A stretch of 64,000 nt of DNA from an uncultured Verrucomicrobiae bacterium (GCA_963813135.1 CAWEXY010000010.1:89905-153904); one strand, 5' to 3'; positions 33,039 through 43,174 are shown, counted from the stretch's first letter. Translations and numbers: made by a program. The notes: generated by a model not told the origin, from the letters alone.

Positions 33039-35157
33039 GGAGCGCCTTCTCAAGCCCTGTGAACCGCTTTTGCGCATCGTGGCTCGTTACGGCAATCGAG
33101 AGGGCTTTCTTAGTTCCTACGAGCACGACGAGCTTTTTACCGCGGGTGACGGCGGTATAGAGGAGGTTGCGGTAGAGCATCTTGTAGTGGGTAGTATGGA
33201 CCGGGATGATCACGCACGGGGATTCGCTTCCTTGGTATTTGTGGATCGAGACGGCGTAGGCCAGGATGAGCTCGTCGAGCTCGCCAAAGTCGTAGCTGAC
33301 GAGGCGGTCGTAGAAGGAGACGGCCACTGTCTGTTCGATGAGATCGATCGTGGTGATGCGGCCGACATCGCCATTGAAAACGAGTTTTTGGTAATTGTTG
33401 CGGGTTTGCATGACCTTATCGCCTACGTGGAACGTCCGGCCCATGCGGGTGAGGGGAGTGGGGCTAGGGTTGAGGTGGCTTTGGAGGACGACGTTGAGGT
33501 TTTCCGTGCCGATCACGCCGCGCTTCATGGGCGCGAGCACTTGGATGTCTTGGAACCGATGGAAATGGTGCTTTTTGGGAAGTTCGGTGGTCACGAGCTT
33601 GACGATCGTGCTGAGGATCTCTTCGGGCGTTTCCTGATAGAGAAACTGAAAATCGCCTTTAGGGTGATAGGAGATGTCGGGAAACTCGCCATGGTTGATT
33701 TTGTGGGCATTGGTCACGATGAGCGAGCCGGCGGCCTGGCGGAAGATCTCGGTGAGGCGCGTCATGCCGGTTTTACCGGCAGCGAGGAGGTCTTTGAGGA
33801 CATTGCCAGCGCCGACGCTGGGGAGCTGATCGCTATCGCCGATGAGGATGAGGCGGCACGAAGAGGGGAGGGCTTTGAGCAGCGCATGGAAGAGCATCGT
33901 ATCGACCATGCTCATCTCATCGATGATGACCAGGTCGGCGACGAGGGGGTTTTCGCGGTTTCTTTTAAAGCCGCCTGAAGCGAAGTCCATCTCGAGCAAG
34001 CTATGGATGGTGGAGGCCTTCCGTCCCGTGATCTCGCTCATGCGTTTTCCGGCCCTTCCCGTCGGGGCCGCGCAAATGATGTTTTCGGTGAGCTTTTCTG
34101 AGATCGTCAGGATCGCCTTCGTGATCGTGCTCTTTCCGGTACCAGGTCCGCCGGTGATGATATGGACTTTTTCTTGGACGGCTTGGGCGATCGCTTCTTT
34201 TTGCTGATCGGCAAGTTCGATGTGCATTTGGCTTTGAACCCATCCCAAGGCCTTGGAGACATCGATGGAGCGAAGGGGGGACACGCCAGCTTGGAGGCGC
34301 GCGAGCTCTTTCGCAATGCCCAGTTCTGAAAAATAGAGAATGCGCACCCAGACTTTGCCTTCGTCCTGCATGATCTTCTCTTCTTGGACAAGCTTTTCCA
34401 GGCGTTCTTTCACACGTGCAGTGGGAACATTGAGGGCTTCGGCCGCCGCTTGAATGAGGTCTTCTTGAGGATAGCAGGTATGGCCTTCATTCGAGAGCTC
34501 CCAGAGGACATGCTCGATGCCTGCGTCGATGCGCGTGGGATAATCGGGGGGCATTCCTAGGCTTTGAGCGATCCTATCGGCGATTTTGAACCCGATTCCC
34601 TGGATTTCTTTGGCCAGCGCATAGGGATCGCTTTTGAGCTTTTCAATGCTCTCGTCGCCGTACGCCCGGTAGATTTTTTGCGCAAAGCTGGGGCTGACCC
34701 CGACGCCTCGGAGGAAAATCATCACCGTGCGGATTTTTTTCTGATCTTTCCAGCAGCTTTGGATGGCCTCGATTCTTTTCTTTCCCAGGCCCTCGACTTC
34801 AAAAAGCTGCTCTGAGTCTTCCTCGAGAATTTTGAGAGTATCTGTTCCAAATTTCTTGACGATCCGCTGAGCATAGACAGGCCCGATCCCTTTGATCATG
34901 CCCGATTCTAAATAGCGTTGGATGCCCACGAGGTCGCTTGGGGCCTGCGCCTCGAAATTCTCTACTTCAAATTGTCTTCCGTGCTGGGGATGATGCTTCC
35001 AGGAGCCTGTGCATTTGACGGTCTCGCCGACCTGGAGCATAGGCAGCGTCCCCACGATGCACGTGAGGTCGCCCTTTCTCGGTTCTTTAATTTTGGCCAC
35101 TGTGAAATCATCGCTCGCAAAAACGATGGTCTCGACAAAACCGTACAATTCTTCCAT
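33025..35157 (-). CDS. recD2: ATP-dependent RecD2-like DNA helicase
   Basis: IKGIGP HhH, GGPGTGKS, APTG, IIDEMSM, GDSDQLPSVG and YAVSIHKYQGSE. Confidence 0.96.
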   Translation of the reverse strand: MEELYGFVETIVFASDDFTVAKIKEPRKGDLTCIVGTLPMLQVGETVKCTGSWKHHPQHGRQFEVENFEAQAPSDLVGIQRYLESGMIKGIGPVYAQRIVKKFGTDTLKILEEDSEQLFEVEGLGKKRIEAIQSCWKDQKKIRTVMIFLRGVGVSPSFAQKIYRAYGDESIEKLKSDPYALAKEIQGIGFKIADRIAQSLGMPPDYPTRIDAGIEHVLWELSNEGHTCYPQEDLIQAAAEALNVPTARVKERLEKLVQEEKIMQDEGKVWVRILYFSELGIAKELARLQAGVSPLRSIDVSKALGWVQSQMHIELADQQKEAIAQAVQEKVHIITGGPGTGKSTITKAILTISEKLTENIICAAPTGRAGKRMSEITGRKASTIHSLLEMDFASGGFKRNRENPLVADLVIIDEMSMVDTMLFHALLKALPSSCRLILIGDSDQLPSVGAGNVLKDLLAAGKTGMTRLTEIFRQAAGSLIVTNAHKINHGEFPDISYHPKGDFQFLYQETPEEILSTIVKLVTTELPKKHHFHRFQDIQVLAPMKRGVIGTENLNVVLQSHLNPSPTPLTRMGRTFHVGDKVMQTRNNYQKLVFNGDVGRITTIDLIEQTVAVSFYDRLVSYDFGELDELILAYAVSIHKYQGSESPCVIIPVHTTHYKMLYRNLLYTAVTRGKKLVVLVGTKKALSIAVTSHDAQKRFTGLEKALHDVL

Positions 35158-35195
35158 AGTTGCAATTTATTGAATCTAACTGATACAGGGAAATA

Positions 35196-35606
35196 ATGCC
35201 AGACTTCCATCCCATGTTGGTCCATTTCCCCATCGTCCTCTTTTGGACGGGTCTTGTCTTTGACCTTATCGGATGGGCCTGGAAGAAGCAGACCTATCCG
35301 GCCGGCCATTGGATCATCATCGCCGCCGCCCTCATGAGCCTTCCTACGGCCCTCACGGGCCTCCTAGCTTCGATGCAGTATGCTCCCAGCGTCGAAATCG
35401 ACCACCATCGCAATATGGCCATCGCCACCGTCTCCTTTGGTCTGCTCCATGCCGCTTTTCGCCTCTACATCCTCAAGAAAAATAAAGTTTTTAGTGGAGG
35501 CCTTCTTGTCCTGCTTTCCCTCATCAACGTAGCGCTTGTCAGTATGACCGCTGCCTATGGCGGTATCGTAGAAGAAAAAGCGTGTTCCGAAAGATCTGAT
35601 CATTGA
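35196..35606 (+). CDS. DUF2231-like membrane protein
   Basis: FHPMLVHFPI, four TM segments and a conserved His. Confidence 0.8.
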   Translation: MPDFHPMLVHFPIVLFWTGLVFDLIGWAWKKQTYPAGHWIIIAAALMSLPTALTGLLASMQYAPSVEIDHHRNMAIATVSFGLLHAAFRLYILKKNKVFSGGLLVLLSLINVALVSMTAAYGGIVEEKACSERSDH

Positions 35607-35644
35607 TTTTAAACTCTGCCTCTGGCTAAAATGCATTTTCCCAT

Positions 35645-35716
35645 TCCGGGTTAGCTCAGTGGTAGAGCAGTGCACTGTTAATGCATTGGTCGCAGGTTCG
35701 AATCCTGCACCCGGAG
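35645..35716 (+). tRNA. tRNA-Asn(GTT)
   Basis: Acceptor TCCGGGT/ACCCGGA, D arm TAGCTCAGTGGTAGAGC, anticodon loop CTGTTAA and T loop GGTTCGAATCC; CCA is not encoded. Confidence 0.97.
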
Positions 35717-35735
35717 ATCTTTTATCCAAGGCCAC

Positions 35736-36272
35736 ATGCACCTTTTAAAATATTATTTTATAGCAATAATGGGCATTATGAATATTGCAAGCGGCCAAAT
35801 GGTATTTCAGCAGCCTCCCGACAATTTTAATCCTAAGGTTGAGATCGTCGCCTGTTTCATGACGGTGAACGAAAATGTTCTATTCCTGAAGCGCCAGCCG
35901 CATAAATCCGAAGGGAGCAAGTGGGGGATTCCTGGGGGAAAAGTCGACAAGGGTGAAACCACTGAGCAGGCTGTTCTGCGTGAAGTCCTAGAAGAAACCA
36001 GCATTGATTTGGCTGGCAAGCCTTTGATGTATTTCGGCAAAGTCTATATCCGCTATCCCGAAGTCGATTTTCTATACCACATGTATGGCTATGATTTTGA
36101 CGAGTTGCAAAAGGATGTCGTTATTAATCCTGACGAGCATACCGAGCATCGCTGGATCACTCTTGCAGAAGCTTTAAAGCTGCCGCTCATTCGTGGGGAA
36201 GATGAGTGCATCTATCTCGTCTATGGAAAGGATTTAGCCAAGCGCATCCAGAGTTTAAATACCTCATATTAA
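35736..36272 (+). CDS. NUDIX hydrolase
   Basis: Nudix box GGKVDKGETTEQAVLREVLEETS; start uncertain. Confidence 0.92.
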   Translation: MHLLKYYFIAIMGIMNIASGQMVFQQPPDNFNPKVEIVACFMTVNENVLFLKRQPHKSEGSKWGIPGGKVDKGETTEQAVLREVLEETSIDLAGKPLMYFGKVYIRYPEVDFLYHMYGYDFDELQKDVVINPDEHTEHRWITLAEALKLPLIRGEDECIYLVYGKDLAKRIQSLNTSY

Positions 36273-36364
36273 TCAAAACAACCTAGTTTTGACTAAGCGA
36301 AAAATTGCTTAACCTTTTAGTTCCTTTGCCATATTGTTTACTGTGAGTGGAAGGTGTTTATTGT

Positions 36365-37387
36365 ATGGATCAAGGTCAAATCTTACTCTACCAAACTGAG
36401 GATGGGCGCCAGCGGATTGAGGTTCGCTTGCATGATGGCTCTGTGTGGCTGAATCAAAAGCTGCTCGCCGAGCTTTTTGGCGTAGGTGTCAACACCATAA
36501 ATTATCATATTAAAGAGATTTACAAAGAGGTAGAACTCCGCCCTGAGGCAACTATTCGAAAATATCGAATAGTTCAAATGGAAGGGAAACGCCGAATTTT
36601 CCGTGAAGTCGATTTTTATGATTTAAAGATGATTCTTGCCGTTGGCTATCGAGTTCGTTCGCATCGAGGCGTTCAGTTTCGCCAGTGGGCCACCGAAAGA
36701 TTGCAGGAGTTTGTTATTAAGGGATTCACTCTAGATGACGATCGTTTAAGTAACCCTGGAGGGCTTGCTTACTTCGATGAGCTTTTGGATCGTATTCGAG
36801 CCATTCGTGCATCGGAGAAGCATTTCTATCAGAAAATTCGGGATATCTACACGCTGAGCGCCGACTATGATCCTCAGCACTCCATGACCCAGGAGTTTTT
36901 TAAGACGGTGCAAAATAAGCTTCTCTATGCGGTCACAGGACTTACAGCGGCAGAAATTATCCATAAAAGGGCAAATGCTGCACAGCCTAACTTAGGGCTG
37001 ATGACCTGGGATGGAGCACGTCGAGGAAAAAAATTGACTAAGCGGGATGTCGAGATCGCCAAAAACTATCTAAATCATGACGAAATCAAAAATTTGGAGC
37101 AGTTGGTGAGCCAATATTTAGATTTTGCTGAACGGCAAGCGCGTCATCGAAAAGTCATGTACATGGCTGATTGGAAAACCAAGCTCGATGCTTTTCTCCA
37201 GCTCAACGACGAGAAAATCTTGACTCATGCAGGATCGATTTCTGCGGAAATTGCTAAAGAGCTCGTTTTAGCCGAATACGAGAAATTCGAAGAGCTTTGT
37301 AGAAGGGAAGAAGCAATTCAAAGCGAAGAAGAACTGCGCGAAGCCATCCAAAAAGTGATCACGAACCGAGAAGCATCTGCCACATAG
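36365..37387 (+). CDS. Virulence RhuM family protein
   Basis: ILLYQTEDG, VWLNQ, ILAVGYRVRS.RG.QFRQWAT, YFDELLDRIRAIRASE and AKNYL. Confidence 0.93.
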   Translation: MDQGQILLYQTEDGRQRIEVRLHDGSVWLNQKLLAELFGVGVNTINYHIKEIYKEVELRPEATIRKYRIVQMEGKRRIFREVDFYDLKMILAVGYRVRSHRGVQFRQWATERLQEFVIKGFTLDDDRLSNPGGLAYFDELLDRIRAIRASEKHFYQKIRDIYTLSADYDPQHSMTQEFFKTVQNKLLYAVTGLTAAEIIHKRANAAQPNLGLMTWDGARRGKKLTKRDVEIAKNYLNHDEIKNLEQLVSQYLDFAERQARHRKVMYMADWKTKLDAFLQLNDEKILTHAGSISAEIAKELVLAEYEKFEELCRREEAIQSEEELREAIQKVITNREASAT

Positions 37388-37425
37388 ATTGAACCTCCTT
37401 CGCCTAAAGGCGAAGGAGGTTCAAT
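37388..37425. terminator. Perfect palindrome with 17-bp arms between convergent genes (bidirectional terminator or REP-like)
   Basis: ATTGAACCTCCTTCGCC-TAAA-GGCGAAGGAGGTTCAAT. Confidence 0.7.
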
Positions 37426-37427
37426 GT

Positions 37428-37805
37428 TTAGCAGCCCGTGCCAGCCATGAGGACGAGGGGAACCAGGTGATCTGCTTGCAGCGTGTAGGTCTTATTCGGG
37501 ACGACGTCGACCCAGTTTGTGAGCAAATCGGGGTCTTCCTGATCTTTGGACCAGGCCAGCACGCGAAAGTACTCGGCATTTTTAGGAATTGATACGTTCA
37601 CTTTTCCTGTTTTAGTCAGAAGCTGCAGGGTGGAGGGGTTGGGCTTGTCGCCATTGAGAATGGCTTTATTGTCATCGTCCACTTCTTTGGCCGTGGAGGC
37701 CCATTGCACCATGATCTTGGACTTTGAGGTCTGATTTTCGAGGACGATATTATCCGCAAACCCTGCGGCGATGAGGGTGAGAAAAAATAGGATTTTCTTT
37801 TTCAT
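37428..37805 (-). CDS. Small secreted hypothetical protein
   Basis: Signal peptide MKKKILFFLTLIAAGFA; ends in MAGTGC; the start overlaps the upstream stop (ATGA). Confidence 0.75.
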   Translation of the reverse strand: MKKKILFFLTLIAAGFADNIVLENQTSKSKIMVQWASTAKEVDDDNKAILNGDKPNPSTLQLLTKTGKVNVSIPKNAEYFRVLAWSKDQEDPDLLTNWVDVVPNKTYTLQADHLVPLVLMAGTGC

Positions 37806-38989
37806 TCTATCGTTATTCCTTCTTGAGGAGTGCAGGGAGCATCCATGTATAGTTTGGGAGCTTTGAGGGGAAACGTATCTTCTGAGCAAAGGGTCAATTT
37901 TTTGCCCGTTCCTTTGAAAGGCTCTTTGGGAATGTGAACGGTGACGTTTTTGATGACGTTGACAGCTTCGGCAATTTCAAAATCGCCGACCATGCTCAAG
38001 AATTGATAGCTCTCTTCGGGCGAGAGGCCTTGCGTGCGCACCAAAAAGTCGATGGCATTTTTGGACGCGAGCTTCATGGCCTCAAAAAGATCCACGTTGA
38101 GCCCCACGATCATCCAATGCGTGGCGTTTTCAATGATGGGCCAAGTAAAGGCGCTTCCGCCTTTTCTCTTTGTTTTATCGTGCACTCCCTCGGCTCTCAG
38201 GTCTTTTCTGACGATAAATTGGAAGGTGATCGATTCATAGGCCGTCTCTAAGGCTGTTATGTCAATCTCGCCGTTGCTCTGCATCGCATGGGAGTCTCCG
38301 GTCCAGACAAGCCCTCCTTTTTGGAAGACAGGAAGAAAAATGACCGAGCCGGCTTGGAGCTCAGGCTGATCTAAGTTGCCGCCAAATGGTCCTGGAGGAA
38401 CGGAGTTGAACTGGCCTTTGACCGGCTGCGCCGCTTTTTCATCGATGTTAACGGGCCATCCTTTGGGCCAGTCGAGAGGAGGGGCGACGGCTAATACGCC
38501 AGGGAAAGGCTTGAGCTGAAGGCAAACACCTTTTGTAAACTCCGTTGTATTGTTCTTTTTGTCGAATTTAAAGTACTTGATCCTTGGTTTGGTGAATTCC
38601 GATAAAATCCCTTGCGTAGGGCTTAAGAAATTGTATCCCCAATCGGTGAGTTTAATATCGAGAACGCGGATTTCTAGCACATCTCCCGGCTCGGCGCCTT
38701 CGATATAGACCGGCCCTGTCACCGAATGCATGCCGCGTCTTTTCTGGATGTTGTCTTCGAGGTAAAATTCTGCGACATCGGCAGGAGTGGTTTTGTTGAA
38801 TTTCATGACATGGAGACAGCTGTTCCACGTTTCCATGGAGACCGTGTCGCCCGATTTGATTTTGACGACGGGCTTTTGATCGAGCGTAAAAAGTCCGAGG
38901 GTGACCGTTTCATTGGTTGCCGGAACTCGGTAAGTTTCGGCTAAGAGGGAAGAAGCAGCGAGCAAGGAAAATGCAAGTTTTTTCATCAT
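37802..38989 (-). CDS. Acetamidase/formamidase family protein with a signal peptide
   Basis: HSVTGPVYIEGAEPGDVLEIR, PFPG, GGNLD and GDSHAMQSNGEI; N-terminal MKKLAFSLLAASSLLA. Confidence 0.9.
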   Translation of the reverse strand: MMKKLAFSLLAASSLLAETYRVPATNETVTLGLFTLDQKPVVKIKSGDTVSMETWNSCLHVMKFNKTTPADVAEFYLEDNIQKRRGMHSVTGPVYIEGAEPGDVLEIRVLDIKLTDWGYNFLSPTQGILSEFTKPRIKYFKFDKKNNTTEFTKGVCLQLKPFPGVLAVAPPLDWPKGWPVNIDEKAAQPVKGQFNSVPPGPFGGNLDQPELQAGSVIFLPVFQKGGLVWTGDSHAMQSNGEIDITALETAYESITFQFIVRKDLRAEGVHDKTKRKGGSAFTWPIIENATHWMIVGLNVDLFEAMKLASKNAIDFLVRTQGLSPEESYQFLSMVGDFEIAEAVNVIKNVTVHIPKEPFKGTGKKLTLCSEDTFPLKAPKLYMDAPCTPQEGITIE

Positions 38990-39025
38990 GATTTTGTATT
39001 TACTTATTGGTGAAAAGAAATGCAA

Positions 39026-39850
39026 TTAGAAAAGAATCGTCATGCGGCCTGTGAAGGCCCAAACATTGGATTGATGGGGATGCGCTCCAGGGTTGGGAAT
39101 ATAGCTTAGCACAGGTTGAAGGTAGATAGACTTATGAACCTGTGCTTGATAATAGCCTTGGAGCATCAATTCTGAGCGCCTGGGGAAGGTATGGCGGTTT
39201 AGGCGCGACCAGGCAAGGCCGACGCCGAAAGAGTCGTTGGGACGTTTTTCAATCAGCGCGAATGCGGTCAGTCCCGCTCCTACAAAGCGATTCATGGGAA
39301 GCGTTTTAGAGTTATTCCAGCCCAGTTGAAAAAAACTGGAGATATTTCCTTTGTTCATCGTTTGGGAATCTTTGATCCAAAGGGCTTGTGAGCCGAACGC
39401 ATAGACGCCCCCAGTGCCTTTTTCTTTTTGATTGATAGACTCTAATTTTCCACTTTGATTCCATCCCCCGATGGCGACGATGCCCGGTTTGGGAGCTGTC
39501 CAGCCATAACCTCCTTCGATGATGGAAAAGTAGTAGCCATTGAAATGAGGTCCTGTGAGCCCTGTTTGCACTCCGCGCGCTAAGTTGCCATCAAAGGCGC
39601 CGATGTTAATGTAGGCTTGTTTAACGGGGGCAATGGTGGCCACAATGCCGTATACGGAGTTGTAATAGCCGCCGATAGCCCCCAGAAGCGTTGTATTGAC
39701 GAAGATCGGCGTATAGATCAAGCCCGTCACGGAGGGGATATAGACAGCAGGATCGGTGGTAGGCACAGGTTTGGATACGTTGTTGAAGTGATAGATAGGA
39801 GCTGTTTTTCCTATACGGATGCTGAGTTTTTTATCTAAAAATTCTTGGCG
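39026..39850 (-). CDS. Carbohydrate-selective porin (OprB family), 5' part missing at the junction
   Basis: RQEFLDKKLSIRIGK, RPNDSFGVG, ELMLQGYYQAQV..LQPVLSYIPNPG and a C-terminal Phe. Confidence 0.8.
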   Translation of the reverse strand, partial: RQEFLDKKLSIRIGKTAPIYHFNNVSKPVPTTDPAVYIPSVTGLIYTPIFVNTTLLGAIGGYYNSVYGIVATIAPVKQAYINIGAFDGNLARGVQTGLTGPHFNGYYFSIIEGGYGWTAPKPGIVAIGGWNQSGKLESINQKEKGTGGVYAFGSQALWIKDSQTMNKGNISSFFQLGWNNSKTLPMNRFVGAGLTAFALIEKRPNDSFGVGLAWSRLNRHTFPRRSELMLQGYYQAQVHKSIYLQPVLSYIPNPGAHPHQSNVWAFTGRMTILF

Positions 39851-41432
39851 TATCAGGAAAATCGCTGGCTGTTGATACGCCGGTTCCGGTCGTTCCCGCT
39901 GGAACGAAAAAGCCAACCACTCCTGGGCTCAGCGACACCCGTGACTCGGTCGACGGCGGTGCTTCACACGTCATTTGAAAGTCGCGCTCGTTGTCAGCCG
40001 CAGCGGTCGCAAATAGAGGGCAAGCCTGTCCCTCCGTGCAGCCAACACATGTCGAGGTCTGACTGCCGCGTATGAGCTTATCGGACGGACCGATCGCTGC
40101 CGCAGTCGTCAGATCTTCTCCGGTCGGATAAACAGATAGCCCGCCTCCGCCAATCGCAACGTAGTTCGCGGCGCACATCCAGCCCAGCGGCGCGACCAAT
40201 TTCATTTCTCCCTGTTGGTCGCTATAGACGGCGAGCTGGCTCGACAAGACCTTCGGCACTACCACCTGTATCAAGTGGGGTAGTGATGCAGGTGTTGGAG
40301 AAGGGTAAAACGCATAGGCGGTAGGACAAATCTTGAGGGGAAGATCTGCTGTGGTTGACGCTGTCGGATTCGGTGCCGCATCGGTCGATGGGGAGGCTGC
40401 CCCGGTCGCCGAGCGGTCAGGCGGCTGCGATTGATCGCCCTGCACACGATAGAGGACGCCAGCGGCCACTGCCGCGATCAGTATCACGGCGGCGGCAACC
40501 CAGGCCAAAAGGCGACCAGGGTGTCGTTGTACTTCTGGAACCCGTGCGGTATGTCGCCATGTCTTGTCTAATACCAGCGTTGTCATCTCGACAGAACCAC
40601 CGGGGGAACGACGACCGCCCATCGCTGTCTTCACCACATCCCTAAAGAGCCGATCAGCAGACGGGCGCGTTCTCGGATCCTTATTGAGTGCATTCGCTAC
40701 GTGCCTGCGAAGACGCCGGTCGACACCGGCCAGATCCGGTTCTTCGTGAACCACGCGGTATAGGACAGCCTCTGGCCTCCCTTCTCCGAATGGCGAGCGG
40801 CCCGTTGCAGCGAAGGCAACGGTTGCACCCCACGAGAAGATGTCGACCGCTGGAGTCGCCTCCCGTCCTTGCGCCTGCTCCGGTGCCATCCAGGAGGGAG
40901 TGCCGATCACGACGCCGGTCTGGGTAAGCGCGGTGCTTTCTGGCGCATGAGAGATCCCGAAGTCGACGACTTTAGGACTGGACGCCCCCATCAGCACATT
41001 GGTTGGCTTTAGGTCGCGGTGAATGATGCCAGAGGCATGGATCGCAACAACGGCTTCCGCCAAACCTACAGCCAGTCCAATCAGCTGATTTTCGGCAAGG
41101 CGCCCGTGCTCGGAGACGTAATCCGCCAGGTTGCCTCCTTCGACGTACTCGGTGACGAGGTAGGGCCGGTCTGACTCCACGTCCGCATCGACATAGCGTG
41201 TCGTGCAAATTCCGCCAACCCGCCGGGCAGTTTGCACTTCTCGGCGGAATCGAGATCGGAACGCCGGATCGTCAGCGAGCTCCGAACGGACCAGTTTCAA
41301 TGCCACCTGACGCCGTTTGGAATCCTCAGCCAGGTAAACAACTCCCATCCCGCCCCCGCCGATTCTGCTGACAAGGCGGTACGGACCAATGCTCCTGGGG
41401 TCGTCAGAGCGGAGATCCTGCATTGGAGGCAA
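39831..41432 (-). CDS. Actinobacterial Ser/Thr protein kinase with a TM segment and extracellular domain (3' end truncated or fused at the junction)
   Basis: DPRSIGPYRL, IGGGGMGVVY, VALK, HRDLKPTN, DFG, GTPSWMAPE and DIFSWG. Confidence 0.93.
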   Translation of the reverse strand: MPPMQDLRSDDPRSIGPYRLVSRIGGGGMGVVYLAEDSKRRQVALKLVRSELADDPAFRSRFRREVQTARRVGGICTTRYVDADVESDRPYLVTEYVEGGNLADYVSEHGRLAENQLIGLAVGLAEAVVAIHASGIIHRDLKPTNVLMGASSPKVVDFGISHAPESTALTQTGVVIGTPSWMAPEQAQGREATPAVDIFSWGATVAFAATGRSPFGEGRPEAVLYRVVHEEPDLAGVDRRLRRHVANALNKDPRTRPSADRLFRDVVKTAMGGRRSPGGSVEMTTLVLDKTWRHTARVPEVQRHPGRLLAWVAAAVILIAAVAAGVLYRVQGDQSQPPDRSATGAASPSTDAAPNPTASTTADLPLKICPTAYAFYPSPTPASLPHLIQVVVPKVLSSQLAVYSDQQGEMKLVAPLGWMCAANYVAIGGGGLSVYPTGEDLTTAAAIGPSDKLIRGSQTSTCVGCTEGQACPLFATAAADNERDFQMTCEAPPSTESRVSLSPGVVGFFVPAGTTGTGVSTASDFPDTPRIFR

Positions 41433-41519
41433 TTCTACGACTTCGGGATCCGGGCTCCGTTTGGGTCCTAATCCGGAAGGCAGGTCGCACCGCTAGCGAC
41501 CAGTGCATTCCGTCATGGT

Positions 41520-41734
41520 CCGAACGTGCAGTGCGAATCGACAGCGGAGTGGCATCGAAGATGGGCGAAACGATTCCAAAGGGAAGCGCTGGAATAATCA
41601 TCCTGGTAAACCACCCTGACGGGGAAGCCGTCAAGGGAGTGCTTGGCAACTCACTCAAGGTCAACTGTGTCTCCGTCGAGGGCGACGGGATAAGTGAGCT
41701 CAAAGAAGGGCTCGCGTTGGCCAACGTTGGATGA
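41520..41734 (+). pseudogene. Possible C-terminal fragment of a DUF1269-like protein
   Basis: IDSGVASKMGETIPKGSAGIII..ELKEGLA resembles DUF1269 C-termini; no N-terminal half is visible. Confidence 0.35.
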
Positions 41735-41859
41735 AAAGGAACTGGTCGCAAGTAGATCTTCCGTTCGGATCCGACCAGCGGCTCTCGAGACAACCCCATC
41801 TCACGAGCTCCGGCGGACGAGTCCGCCTTAAGGACGGCCAGCCCGTTAGCCTCCGCTCC

Positions 41860-42939
41860 GTGAAGTTGTTCGCCTCCACCGCGAGCGTGCTGTCCCGCAG
41901 CGACGTCCTCTTCTTTTCAGGTGGCCTGATGATGACCGTTGCCAGCGGGGTAACGGCCCATGTGGACGTTGGACCGGTCGCGCCATTCGTGGTGTCTGCG
42001 GCCGCTCTGGCCGTGCTCGCTGCGGTGGTCGGCCGCTGCGTAGACCACCTTTCGGATCGCTTTGGACCCGGCGCCACCGGCCTTCTCCAGGCGGCTTTGG
42101 GCAACTTGCCCGAGTTGTTCTTTGCCATCTTCGCCCTTCGCGCCGGACTGGTCGTCGTTGTCCAAAGCGCCCTTGTGGGATCCATCCTGGCCAATGTGCT
42201 CCTGATCCTCGGCCTGGCCTTCGTCACGGGCGGTCTTCGACACGGCACCCAGCGATTCGCAGCGGAGAGCGCGCGCAGCGTCGCCCTTCTCCTGCTGCTG
42301 GCCGTGACCATTCTCTGCGTTCCCGGCATCACTGCCCACTTACACGTGGCTGCTACCCACCACGAGGCGACCCTGTCCACGGTGGCCTCGGTAGTGCTGT
42401 TAACCGTATTCGTCCTCTCGATCCCCTCGGCGATGAGCCATCAGGCTCCGGCACTGGACGAGGAAATCGACGGTACAGCCTGGCCCCTCGCACTCGTGCT
42501 CGGCGCCCTGATCGGGTCGAGTGTTGCGGCGGCATTCGTCTCAGACTGGTTCGTGACGGCATTGACCCCCGCGCTCTCGGCGCTCCACATGTCCGAGGCC
42601 TTCGCCGGACTGGTGGTCGTGGCGATTGCGGGCAATGCCGTGGAGAACGTCGTCGGTGTGCAACTGGCCGCCAAGAACAAGCCTGACTACGCGTTGGCCG
42701 TCATCCTGCGGAGTCCGATCGTGATCGCCTTCGCGCTGCTCCCGCTCCTCGTGCTCGTCTCGCCTGTGCTGGGAGGTGCCCGGCTGACTTTGGTCCTTCC
42801 GGCTGAGTTGCTGGTCGTACTGATTATCTCTGCCGTGATCACGGCGGTGGTGGTTTTCGATGGGGAGTCGACGTGGCTAGAAGGCTGTTGCCTCATCGGT
42901 CTCTATATCGTGATCGCCGCGGCGTTCTGGTGGGGTTGA
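41860..42939 (+). CDS. Calcium/proton exchanger (CAX/ChaA family)
   Basis: Alpha repeats GNLPELF..GSILANVLL and AIAGNAVEN, plus DGESTWLEG. Confidence 0.92.
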   Translation: MKLFASTASVLSRSDVLFFSGGLMMTVASGVTAHVDVGPVAPFVVSAAALAVLAAVVGRCVDHLSDRFGPGATGLLQAALGNLPELFFAIFALRAGLVVVVQSALVGSILANVLLILGLAFVTGGLRHGTQRFAAESARSVALLLLLAVTILCVPGITAHLHVAATHHEATLSTVASVVLLTVFVLSIPSAMSHQAPALDEEIDGTAWPLALVLGALIGSSVAAAFVSDWFVTALTPALSALHMSEAFAGLVVVAIAGNAVENVVGVQLAAKNKPDYALAVILRSPIVIAFALLPLLVLVSPVLGGARLTLVLPAELLVVLIISAVITAVVVFDGESTWLEGCCLIGLYIVIAAAFWWG

Positions 42940-43174
42940 CCTTCGCCGCAACAGCTACTTCAGGATATTTGACGCTCGGGCAATCACGAGAATGGCGAGC
43001 GATCCTGCGGCCTGAACCGCCATGGCCAACGTGGCCCAACGAGGCCTCGGTATCGCGTCGGTCGGCTGAACGCCGCGGGGTTGGCAGAGCCCAGATAGGC
43101 GTAGTCGAGAACTAGGATCCGCCTCGGGACCTCCCCCAAGTCAGAGCGAGAATATGCGCTCCTGGCGTGACGGT

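Noticed and set aside
32701..33978. 425-aa plus-strand ORF
   Set aside because: It is antisense to recD2 and the pentapeptide gene and has no recognisable motifs.
35645..39850. Integrative element at tRNA-Asn
   Set aside because: No integrase and no duplicated tRNA 3' end are visible before the junction.
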